Assembly (NCBI GenBank): GCA_963720755.1
Contig: CAVRGP010000015.1
Span: 480,001 to 544,000, forward strand
Source of the DNA: an uncultured Chloroflexia bacterium
GTDB taxonomy: Bacteria > Chloroflexota > Limnocylindria > Limnocylindrales > CSP1-4
Direction of reading: 5' to 3'
Length of the DNA stretch: 64,000 bases
Shown: positions 1-8,410 of the stretch, piece by piece
Numbering within the stretch: the first letter of the stretch is position 1
Layout: every line of letters begins with the position of its first letter
Made by a program: the position numbers and the translations under genes
The notes under the pieces: model-generated
The model's input: the letters and a program-made list of their open reading frames with translations, nothing else
Databases searched by the model: none
What the model was told of the DNA's origin: nothing

Positions 1-2427
1 GGGGTCGCCCATCGCCCGCCGGACCCTTGCCCGCAGGACCTCCGACTGGACGACCCAGTCAGGCGGGATGTCTCGACCTGACTCGGCCGCGTCCAGCTCC
101 GACAGCCAGGCGACTGCCTCGGTCGGTCGCCCCTCGAGGAGTGCGATCTCCACGCCGACGGCAAGGGGATGGACGCGATTCCTCGGATCCTCCTCGGGTC
201 GTGCGTCGATGATCGCCATCGACTCGGCAAAGCAGTCCCGAGCCTCCGTGAATCGACCGACCGACGCGTAGACGGAGGCGAGATCGTCGAGGACGACTGA
301 CACCCCGATGTCATCCCCAAGGCGACGGTCGATCGCGATCGCCTCCAGCTTGAGTGCAGCGGACCGTCGATGGTCCCCACAGACGCGCGGGAATTCGCTG
401 AGGACCGCGAGGATCTGACTCCGCGTTCTCGGATCCGATCCCGCCTTCGATCGAAGTACCGCCTCGCCCCATCGTTCTCCCACATCCGGTGACCCGATCA
501 GCAGCCAATACATCTCGACCGCCCGGAACAGGGAGATCAGGCCATGCTCGGCGCCGCGCTCGACCGCCCAATCGAACGCGAGACGGAGGTTCTCTCGTTC
601 CGCATCGCACATCGCGAGCCATGCGCTGCCACGAGTGCGCCTCCCGTCGGGAGTCTTCTCGCGCGCGTCCAAGGCGACGAAGGTGAAGTGGGTCAGGTGG
701 CGGTCGCGCGTCGCGGTCGCATCCGGGTCGCTTTCGAGCGCCTCGCTCGCGAACTCCCGGATCGTCTCGAGCATCGCATACCGGTCGCCGACCTGATGCA
801 CGAGGCTCTGTTCGACCAATTCAGCGAAGACATCGATGTCGCAGGCAGCGACGGCGGTCGCCGCGGCAAGGTCGAATCCACCTGCCAGCGTGGACAGCCG
901 TCGGAAGGCTCCCTGCGCAGCCGGAGTCAGCAGCTCGTAGCTCCACGCGATGGTTTCTCGAAGGGTGCGGTGTCGATCAGGCGAGTCCCGCATGCCAGCA
1001 CCCAGGATGGACAGGCGGTCCGACAAGCGGTCGCGAAGGACCTGCGGCGCGAGCACGCCGAGCCGCGCAGCGGCAAGCTCGATCGCGAGCGGTAGGCCGT
1101 CCAGGCGCCCGACGATGTCATCCACCAGGGGCGGGGTGAGTGCCGCTGATCCCAGGGCCCGCTCGGCGCGCTGCTCGAATAGGCCCACGGCATCGGCGTC
1201 GGTGAGAGGCGGGACCTCCAGCCGCTGCTCGCCGCGGATTCGCAGTGGCGCTCGGCTCGTGATGACGAGCTTCATCGACGGGCAGTGGTCGAGCAGGCTG
1301 GCCACGTCACCGGCGGCCCCGATCACCTGTTCGAAGTTGTCGAGAACGAGCAGCATCCGTCGGTTCCCGATCACCTGTGCCGGGCGGTCACCACCGCCAG
1401 TGACCGCCCCGATCCGTTCGAGGACGCGTGCGGGATCGCGGACCGGGGCGAGGTCGACGAACAGGACTCCGTCAGGGTAGTCCTGGAGGACCGCATGGGC
1501 GATCACGATCGCGAGGCGTGTCTTGCCGACGCCACCGGATCCGGTGAGCGTCAGCAGCCGACGGGTCTGGAGGAACGAGACCGCTTGTGCGAGTTCTTCC
1601 TGGCGTCCGACCAGCGAGGTCCGGGCGACGGGCAGCCGTACGGACGGCTGGATCGACCCACTCCGTGGACCAGCCAGCGTACGATCCTGGCGCAGGATGC
1701 GGATCTCGAGCTCCTGGAGGTCGGGCGATGGATCCACACCGAGCTCCTCGACCATGGTGGCGCGCAATCGCCGGAAAGCAGCGAGCGCATCGGCCTGTCG
1801 CCCGGACCGGTAGAGCGCGAGCATCAGCTGTCGCCAGAAGTTCTCGCGGAGCGGATGGTGGGCGACGATGGCTTCGAGCTCGGCGCACAGGGTCCCATGC
1901 CGACCGAGCTCGAGATCCGCCTCGATCTGATCCTGGAGCGCGCCGAGTCGGAGTTCCTCGAGACGCGCCACTTCCGTGGACGCTGCGTCGCCCGCCACGA
2001 TGGGGCCGTCGCCGGCGTCCGAGAACGGTGCCCCGCGCCACAGAGAGAGCGTGGACCGGAGCGCCTCGGCCGCCTCGCTCCACCGGCGGGTCTCGATCGC
2101 GGCGCGCCCTGCCGCCAGGCGTCGTTCGAACACGTCGATGTCGAGTTCGCCTGGATCCAGCGGGAGGGCGTAGCCGGCTGGAACGGTGATGATCCGGTCA
2201 GGGCCGATCTCGGTCCGCAGCCGAGCCACATGTGCATGGAGGGAACCGTGAGCGGTGGGAGGTGGCATGTCTCCCCACAGCGCTTCGGTCAGCTGTTCGA
2301 TGGACGCGGGCCGACCTCGCTTCAGAAGCAATGCGGTCAGGAGGGCACGTCGCTTTGGCGCGGCGACGTTGATCGAGCGTCCGTCGTCCGCCTGGACCTC
2401 CAGCGTTCCGAGAACGGCGAAGTACAA
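1..2427 (-). CDS. AfsR/SARP-family regulator (wHTH + BTAD + P-loop ATPase + helical repeats), runs off the window's left edge
   Basis: Not in the ORF track (no stop in window). Manual translation from TTG 2427 (GGAG upstream): MYFAVLGTLEV..KRRALLTALLL..LWGDMPP..HPLRENFWRQLMLALYRSGRQADAL..LTLTGSGGVGKTRLA..LLVLDNFEQV..LDGLPLAIELAAAR. Confidence 0.9.
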   Translation of the reverse strand, partial: MYFAVLGTLEVQADDGRSINVAAPKRRALLTALLLKRGRPASIEQLTEALWGDMPPPTAHGSLHAHVARLRTEIGPDRIITVPAGYALPLDPGELDIDVFERRLAAGRAAIETRRWSEAAEALRSTLSLWRGAPFSDAGDGPIVAGDAASTEVARLEELRLGALQDQIEADLELGRHGTLCAELEAIVAHHPLRENFWRQLMLALYRSGRQADALAAFRRLRATMVEELGVDPSPDLQELEIRILRQDRTLAGPRSGSIQPSVRLPVARTSLVGRQEELAQAVSFLQTRRLLTLTGSGGVGKTRLAIVIAHAVLQDYPDGVLFVDLAPVRDPARVLERIGAVTGGGDRPAQVIGNRRMLLVLDNFEQVIGAAGDVASLLDHCPSMKLVITSRAPLRIRGEQRLEVPPLTDADAVGLFEQRAERALGSAALTPPLVDDIVGRLDGLPLAIELAAARLGVLAPQVLRDRLSDRLSILGAGMRDSPDRHRTLRETIAWSYELLTPAAQGAFRRLSTLAGGFDLAAATAVAACDIDVFAELVEQSLVHQVGDRYAMLETIREFASEALESDPDATATRDRHLTHFTFVALDAREKTPDGRRTRGSAWLAMCDAERENLRLAFDWAVERGAEHGLISLFRAVEMYWLLIGSPDVGERWGEAVLRSKAGSDPRTRSQILAVLSEFPRVCGDHRRSAALKLEAIAIDRRLGDDIGVSVVLDDLASVYASVGRFTEARDCFAESMAIIDARPEEDPRNRVHPLAVGVEIALLEGRPTEAVAWLSELDAAESGRDIPPDWVVQSEVLRARVRRAMGDP

Positions 2428-2488
2428 CGGCGACTCCGCGAGGCGGCGATGAGAGGACCCGCAGTATCCGCCTTTGGAAGTCGCCCCT

Positions 2489-2531
2489 GCAAGCGAGCGG
2501 CAAGCCTGCGGCAAGGTCAGCCGGGCAGTCT
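2489..2531 (+). promoter_or_regulatory. Three GCAAG direct repeats at 11-bp spacing plus candidate -10 (CAGTCT); putative SARP-activated promoter
   Basis: GCAAG at 2489, 2500 and 2511; CAGTCT at 2526-2531; lies beside a divergent SARP/BTAD gene. Confidence 0.6.
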
Positions 2532-2611
2532 GTGGAGAACGTCGGGCGCAGCGGGTCGGGCCCGCTGTCGGGGAGCGACCCGCCACGCGTCGTGCAGAGG
2601 GAGGTGCGGTG

Positions 2612-3157
2612 ATGGGATTCGTTCAGGTTGGCGGGACGCGTTCGCGCCGAGGCAGGGGTCGGGCTCGGGTGCTGGCCCTCGTACTTTCGTTGGTCGCGGT
2701 ATTCGCCACCACCGGTCAAACGCTAGCTTCGGACCACCACCGAGGCCCCGACCACCGAGTCCCGGTCGATGTCTACGTGGTCGGCTGCGACAAGGAAGTC
2801 GGTGGCGGGACCGGCATGGCCGAGGTCCCCAGCGGGACCAGGTTCAACATCACCTGGGATTGGCAGACGTACAGCTGGTGGCAGGAGGCGGTGTTCCTCT
2901 TCAGCGTGGATGTCGACGCGGCGATCGATGGGATGGCGATCGCCCATCCGTCGCGGTACTGGACGCGGCCGTTCTACCTTGCTGGTGAGGACTGGCCGTG
3001 GCGGATGTTCTGGAAGTACCCATCACGAGCGTTGAAGGCCGGACAGTCGATCACGTTCACGGTCACGCCGACGCTCCAATTCCCGGTGTTCGACGGAACG
3101 GATTGGTATCCGCGTGGGTCGATCGGCACGCTGAGCTGCAAGATCACCGGAGTCTGA
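2612..3157 (+). CDS. Secreted hypothetical protein, Trp/aromatic-rich, probably beta-sandwich
   Basis: GGAGG SD before GTG/ATG at 2609/2612; basic N-region plus hydrophobic signal peptide (RARVLALVLSLVAVFATTGQTLA); two Cys. Confidence 0.7.
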   Translation: MGFVQVGGTRSRRGRGRARVLALVLSLVAVFATTGQTLASDHHRGPDHRVPVDVYVVGCDKEVGGGTGMAEVPSGTRFNITWDWQTYSWWQEAVFLFSVDVDAAIDGMAIAHPSRYWTRPFYLAGEDWPWRMFWKYPSRALKAGQSITFTVTPTLQFPVFDGTDWYPRGSIGTLSCKITGV

Positions 3158-3188
3158 TCAGACGGGAATTTCTCTATCTGGGGGGGCC

Positions 3189-3216
3189 ACGGGCCTCCGC
3201 TCCGGCGGGGGTCCGT
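3189..3216. terminator. GC-rich hairpin between convergent genes
   Basis: acgggcctccgc-tccg-gcgggggtccgt; 12-bp stem including G-U pairs; no U-tract. Confidence 0.4.
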
Positions 3217-3218
3217 CG

Positions 3219-5558
3219 TCAGTCGACGTAGTCGGCGAGGTGCTGCCCGGTCAATGTGGCGCGTGACGCGACAAGGTCCGCCGGCAGGCCGGCGAAGACG
3301 ACGCGCCCGCCGTCGTGACCGGCGCCGGGTCCGAGGTCGATGATCCAGTCCGCGTGCGAGATCACCGCGAGGTGGTGCTCGATGACGATCACCGACTTGC
3401 CCGCGTCCACGAGCTGGTCGAGCAGCTGGAGCAGATGCTCGATGTCCGCAAGGTGGAGACCCGAGGTCGGTTCGTCGAGCACGTAGATACCGCCGTCCGT
3501 CGCCATCTGGATCGCCAGCCTGAGTCGCTGCCGCTCGCCGCCGGAGAGCGTCGTGAGGGGTTGACCCAGGCGCAGGTATCCAAGCCCCACGTCTGTCATC
3601 CGGGACAGAATCGAGCGGGCTGCCGGGACCTTCGCCTCACCACCGCTGAAGAAGTCGAGGGTCTCCGCCACCGACATCGCCAGCACCTCGCTGATGTCGC
3701 GCCCGGCCAGCTTGTACTCCAACACGGTCGCGTCGAACCGCTTGCCTTCGCACTCCTCGCAGACGGTCGTGACCTCGGCCATGACGCCCAGCGATGTGAC
3801 GATGACGCCGTTGCCATTGCAGCCCTGGCAGGCACCCTCGGAGTTCGCGCTGAACAGTGCGGGCTTGACGCCGTTGGCCTTGGCGAAGGCCGAGCGGATC
3901 GGGTCCAGAACGCCGGTATACGTCGCTGGGTTACTCCGCGACGAACCTTTGATCGGACCCTGGTCGATCGAGACGACGCCACCGTCCTTCGGCAGCGATC
4001 CGTGGATCAGCGAGCTCTTGCCAGAGCCCGCGACACCCGTCACGACACACAGCACACCCAGGGGGATGTCCACGTCGACGTGCTGCAGGTTGTTCCGTGT
4101 CGCATCGCGGATCTCGAGCATGCCCGCGGCGGCGCGTGTCGTCGACTTGAGGCTGGCCCTGTATGCGAGATGGCGTCCGGTGAGCGTGTCACTGGTCCGC
4201 AGATCGTCGACCGTGCCCTCGAAGCACACCGAGCCGCCCTCGGGTCCGGCACCTGGGCCGAGATCGACCACGTGGTCGGCGATCGCGATGACGTCCGGCT
4301 TGTGCTCGACGACCAGGACCGTGTTGCCCTTGTCGCGCAGCCGGAGCAATAGCCGGTTCATCCGTTCGATGTCGTGCGGATGCAGGCCGACCGTCGGTTC
4401 GTCGAAGATGTAGGAGACATCGGTGAGGCTCGAACCCAGGTGGCGGATCATCTTCGTGCGTTGCGCCTCACCGCCCGACAGGGTGGCCGAGGCACGGTCA
4501 AGCGAGAGATACCCGAGTCCGATCTCCACGAACGAGTCGAGGGTCTGCTCCAGCGTTGCCAGCAACGGCGCCACCGACGGGGCATCAAGGCCGCGGACCC
4601 ATTCGGCGAGATCCGTGATCTGCATGGCACAGGCGTCGGCGATGCTGATCCCGTCGATCTTCGACGAGCGCGCTCCCTCGTTGAGCCGGGTACCGCCGCA
4701 GTCGGGGCAGGCGCTGAAGGTCACCGCCCGCTCGACGAAGGCGCGGATATGCGGTTGCATCGCCTCGACGTCCTTAGCCAGGAACGACTGCCGGATCCGC
4801 AGCACCAACCCTTCGTAGGTCATGTTGATGCCTTCGATCTTCATCCTGACCGGCTCGTGGAACAGGAAGTCCCGGCGCTCCTGCTCGGAGTAGTCGCGGA
4901 TCGGTTTGGACGGGTCGACGAAGCCGGACGACGCGTACAGGCGGTAGTTCCAGCCGCCCGCGTTGTAGCCCGGGATCGTGAGTGCGCCCTCGGCCAATGA
5001 CTTCGACTCGTCGAAGAGCTGGCTGAGGTCCATGTCGCTGGCCGTTCCCACGCCCTCGCACCGCGGACACATGCCGCCGATGACGGTGAATGTCTTTTGA
5101 ACGGCCTTCTTGTCGCCGACGCTGATCGCTCCTGAACCCCGGACGGACGGGATGTTGAAGGAGAACGCCTTGGGCGTGCCGATGTGCGGGTCGCCGAGCC
5201 GGCTGAACACGATCCGCAAGAGCGCGTTGGCGTCGGTGGCAGTGCCAACGGTTGAACGAACGTTGGCGCCCATCCGTTCCTGGTCGACGATGATCGCCGT
5301 GGTCAGGCCTTCCAGCAGGTCGACGTCCGGGCGCGACTGGTTCGGCATCAGGCCCTGCAGAAAGGCACTGTAGGTCTCGTTGATGAGCCGCTGCGACTCC
5401 GCGGCGATCGTGGCGAAGACGAGCGAGCTTTTGCCGGAGCCCGAGATCCCGGTGAACACGGTCAACCGCCGCTTTGGGATCTCGACACTGACATCCTTGA
5501 GGTTGTTCTCCCGGGCGCCCTGCACCCGGATCAGATCGTGGCTGTCGGCGATTCGCAT
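3219..5558 (-). CDS. Class II UvrA-like ABC ATPase (UvrA2/DrrC-like)
   Basis: GARENNLK, two Walker A motifs (GISGSGKSS, GVAGSGKSS), two LSGGE signatures, CxxC zinc motifs; 779 aa, shorter than canonical UvrA. Confidence 0.9.
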   Translation of the reverse strand: MRIADSHDLIRVQGARENNLKDVSVEIPKRRLTVFTGISGSGKSSLVFATIAAESQRLINETYSAFLQGLMPNQSRPDVDLLEGLTTAIIVDQERMGANVRSTVGTATDANALLRIVFSRLGDPHIGTPKAFSFNIPSVRGSGAISVGDKKAVQKTFTVIGGMCPRCEGVGTASDMDLSQLFDESKSLAEGALTIPGYNAGGWNYRLYASSGFVDPSKPIRDYSEQERRDFLFHEPVRMKIEGINMTYEGLVLRIRQSFLAKDVEAMQPHIRAFVERAVTFSACPDCGGTRLNEGARSSKIDGISIADACAMQITDLAEWVRGLDAPSVAPLLATLEQTLDSFVEIGLGYLSLDRASATLSGGEAQRTKMIRHLGSSLTDVSYIFDEPTVGLHPHDIERMNRLLLRLRDKGNTVLVVEHKPDVIAIADHVVDLGPGAGPEGGSVCFEGTVDDLRTSDTLTGRHLAYRASLKSTTRAAAGMLEIRDATRNNLQHVDVDIPLGVLCVVTGVAGSGKSSLIHGSLPKDGGVVSIDQGPIKGSSRSNPATYTGVLDPIRSAFAKANGVKPALFSANSEGACQGCNGNGVIVTSLGVMAEVTTVCEECEGKRFDATVLEYKLAGRDISEVLAMSVAETLDFFSGGEAKVPAARSILSRMTDVGLGYLRLGQPLTTLSGGERQRLRLAIQMATDGGIYVLDEPTSGLHLADIEHLLQLLDQLVDAGKSVIVIEHHLAVISHADWIIDLGPGAGHDGGRVVFAGLPADLVASRATLTGQHLADYVD

Positions 5559-5613
5559 CCGGCCACCATACCAGCGAGGCTGGCTGTATCTTCGTCGCGG
5601 GAGGGATCGGGAT

Positions 5614-6099
5614 ATGGATCAGGGGATCCTCGCGACGGCGATGTTCATCGACCAGCTCACGGCGTCGGTACCCCGGATCGAGGCCGCCGCCGCCAGGCTC
5701 ACCCCCGCCGAACTTCGTGCCGCTCCGGCGTCGGGGGAGTGGTCGGTGACCCAGATCCTTGCACATCTGCGTTCCTGCGCCGATGTGTGGGGCGGCTGCA
5801 TCGCACGGATCCTCAGCGAGGATCGACCGACCATCCGGGCGGTGAATCCCAGAACGTGGATCCGGAGCACGGACTACCGCGAACTGCCCTTCGAGTCGTC
5901 ATTCGAGGTGTTCGCGTCCCAGCGCGTCGACCTGCTTGCTACGCTCCAACGGACCGCACCGGATGCGTGGTCGCGGCTCGCCCTGGTCACCGGCGCGGGT
6001 GCCGATCGCGAGCAAGACATCCATGGCTACGTTCGCCGGATGACCCTCCACGAAGGGTCGCACGTGAAGCAGATCGAGCGGATCGCCGCAGGCGGTTGA
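5614..6099 (+). CDS. DinB/YfiT superfamily protein
   Basis: GEWSVTQILAHL and HEGSH metal motifs; GGAGGG SD before ATG 5614. Confidence 0.8.
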   Translation: MDQGILATAMFIDQLTASVPRIEAAAARLTPAELRAAPASGEWSVTQILAHLRSCADVWGGCIARILSEDRPTIRAVNPRTWIRSTDYRELPFESSFEVFASQRVDLLATLQRTAPDAWSRLALVTGAGADREQDIHGYVRRMTLHEGSHVKQIERIAAGG

Positions 6100-6118
6100 T
6101 GGTGGATCGGGCTGGCGG

Positions 6119-6874
6119 TCACCAGTGGCGGTTCGGGTTGGTCCAATACTGGCTGGCGGGGTCGTCGACGGTCTCGATCAGGTTCTGCACGTAGCTGGCG
6201 AACGAGCCAGGGGTATCGATCTTCTTGAGGGCCTTCTCCTGGACGCTCAGGCAGGCAAGTTCGGCATCACGACCGCTCGGCGACAGACCCGCGACGAAGC
6301 GCGCCCGATGACACCCGTCATGGACGATCGTGCCGGCCAGCCAGATCGCCTGACGATCCTTGCCATAGCCAGGTGCGTACGCCGTCTCCTGCCCGACGCG
6401 ATAGATGCCGGTGTCGTAGCACATCCCTGAGAAGGACTCGACCTGCCAGATCAGGACGACATTCGCGAGCACCTCCGCGTACTGGTCGGGCGCGCCCGAC
6501 TTCAGGGCGTCGAGCGCGACTCCGACATGGTCCACGAATGCCGGGTCACCGTTGATCTGCATCCCGTCCGCCGTCTTCCCGGTGCTCGGCGGTGGGGTGG
6601 GTGGGCAATGTTCCGGGTTGAGGATGGGGACTCCGGATGGCCATGCGGAAGACGGCGATGCCACGACCGGTGCCGAAGGGGCGGTCGTCACCTGCGGTAC
6701 GGTCGTGGCGACCACTGCGGCCGTGGATCCAGATGCCGAGGCGATGGCGTTCGGCGACGACCCGTCTGTCGAGCCGGACCCAGTGCACGCGGCGAGGATG
6801 ACCGCCAGGAGGGCGACCAACCCCGGCACCCGCGCGACTCCTGGACGAACCCTTAGGGTCCCCGCCCTGGACAT
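6119..6874 (-). CDS. Lipoprotein with Ser/Thr/Pro linker and zincin-like HDxxH..E domain
   Basis: Lipobox ILAAC; VHDGCH...DAELAC; TGcTAGAAT 7 nt before ATG 6874. Confidence 0.7.
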   Translation of the reverse strand: MSRAGTLRVRPGVARVPGLVALLAVILAACTGSGSTDGSSPNAIASASGSTAAVVATTVPQVTTAPSAPVVASPSSAWPSGVPILNPEHCPPTPPPSTGKTADGMQINGDPAFVDHVGVALDALKSGAPDQYAEVLANVVLIWQVESFSGMCYDTGIYRVGQETAYAPGYGKDRQAIWLAGTIVHDGCHRARFVAGLSPSGRDAELACLSVQEKALKKIDTPGSFASYVQNLIETVDDPASQYWTNPNRHW

Positions 6875-6943
6875 GGCCGGCATTCTAGCATCCGGGAATC
6901 ACCAGATCAGCGGTCCAGGGCGAGGATGATCCGTCGCGGGTGC

Positions 6944-7132
6944 CTAGAACGGCAGCCCCGCAGCGGCCGCCGGATCCGGGACGATGTCGTACGACGGGCC
7001 GGTCTGCTGGATCCCGAACACCGCGGTCAGAACGACCATCACGACGATGGCCGCCCCGACGATCGCGAGGCTGATCACGAGTTCCCGATGGGATGCGAGC
7101 CGGGAACTGATGGTGGGCTGCTCGAGCGTCAT
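6944..7132 (-). CDS. Small single-TM membrane protein (62 aa)
   Basis: GGAGG SD; one hydrophobic helix. Confidence 0.65.
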   Translation of the reverse strand: MTLEQPTISSRLASHRELVISLAIVGAAIVVMVVLTAVFGIQQTGPSYDIVPDPAAAAGLPF

Positions 7133-7364
7133 GGTGCGCCTCCGACGGGTCGACGAGGAGGATCGGCCAGAGGCTGCGCGTGGCCCGGCGACCCGATCGA
7201 CTCGCGCATCGGCAGACCGCTGGCATCGTTGTCGCTACAGGAAAGATCGTCGGGCTCGCCGGGTGGGCCGGTCAAGAGCCGTCAGACACCATCGAGCGAG
7301 CCATCCAGTCCGAATGATGGCCGGGGGGGCCGGATATGGTCCGGCACGGAGCCGACCGGACGAC

Positions 7365-8078
7365 TCAGATCCCGACGTTCTGGGGCAGGCTGAACACGAA
7401 CACCAAAGCCAGGCCGAATAGACCAGTCGCGAACGCGACCATCACGACCCGCACTCGGTAACCGTTGAACTTCGTGCCAACACCTGCGAAGAAGAGGACC
7501 GAGGCGAAGATCACCGCGAGCAACACAAAGTTGTCACCAGTCTGATTCGCCGCCCGGGCCTCGGCGCTGGACGCCTCCGCCTTGGCCTCCAGATCATCGG
7601 CGTGGGCCTGCGCCGCGGGCTGGTACTCCGGCATCGAGAACGGTGACCCGGGTGGGATCGTCCCGGCCGGGACCGTCGCGGCCCAGGCGTCGAAGGCGGG
7701 CACGAATTCCGGTCGGAACCGGTCGCGATAGAACGTCGCCAACCGTTCGTCGCCTGCGTTCTTGGCATCGATGAAGGACTGGAATAACTGGACGTCGATC
7801 ACCAGCACGCTGAAGTACTCGCTGGAGGCACGAACCGATTCCTGGCGGGCCGCGCCTGCCTGCGCATACGCGTTCGCCTGCACGCCACCCCACCGGGTCG
7901 ATTGGTAGGCGCACCACGCCGCGGCGATCGTCGCCAGGGCGAGCAGCAAGGCGGCGAGCAGCTCGATCCAGTCGGACTTGTCGAACCGTCCCGCGACCGA
8001 ATCGGCCTGGGCCTCGGCCCGCTGCATGAAGCTCGGGCCGTCCGATGAGGTCTCGACGTCCGTCGGTTCAGGGTCCAT
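7365..8078 (-). CDS. Membrane protein, DUF4337-like (3 TM)
   Basis: ELLAALLLALATIAAAWCAYQSTRW N-terminal TM, helical extracellular region, two C-terminal TMs; start uncertain. Confidence 0.65.
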   Translation of the reverse strand: MDPEPTDVETSSDGPSFMQRAEAQADSVAGRFDKSDWIELLAALLLALATIAAAWCAYQSTRWGGVQANAYAQAGAARQESVRASSEYFSVLVIDVQLFQSFIDAKNAGDERLATFYRDRFRPEFVPAFDAWAATVPAGTIPPGSPFSMPEYQPAAQAHADDLEAKAEASSAEARAANQTGDNFVLLAVIFASVLFFAGVGTKFNGYRVRVVMVAFATGLFGLALVFVFSLPQNVGI

Positions 8079-8410
8079 TCGATACCTCGACGCGCCCGCA
8101 CGTCCATGGATCACGCCATCCCGAGTCTTGGTCAGCCCATTCAGATGCCGACCACTGACCCTTCAATTCGTACGATATCGTGGATGGCCCGCAGGAATCT
8201 GGTTTGCGGACAGAGCCTCGGTGACGTTCCGGGCCCGAACGCAGGACACCGGTCGCGAGGGGCAGGCCTGGTTCCCGACACGCCTCGTGGCAACGATCTC
8301 TACCGGTTTCGGCCTGACGCTGAAGTGAGCACCTGGATACCTCGGTTGCCGCAGAATAGGCACGCCCGATCCACGAAGCCACCCATCGACCCTGCAGGAG
8401 ACGTAGCCGC

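Noticed and set aside
1285-2988. 567-aa plus-strand ORF and other long antisense ORFs (e.g. 9905-11626, 22341-24761, 33191-35593, 45630-47213)
   Set aside because: Shadow ORFs opposite real genes, expected at high GC; no recognisable motifs.
7261-7310. Loose ~10-nt periodic GTCA/ATC repeats upstream of the small membrane protein
   Set aside because: Too degenerate; partly explained by a TTGACC -35 on the minus strand.
8115-8410. Long intergenic region with hairpins; considered as a riboswitch (TPP, purine, c-di-AMP)
   Set aside because: No complete consensus motif set could be matched by eye; an Rfam scan would be needed.
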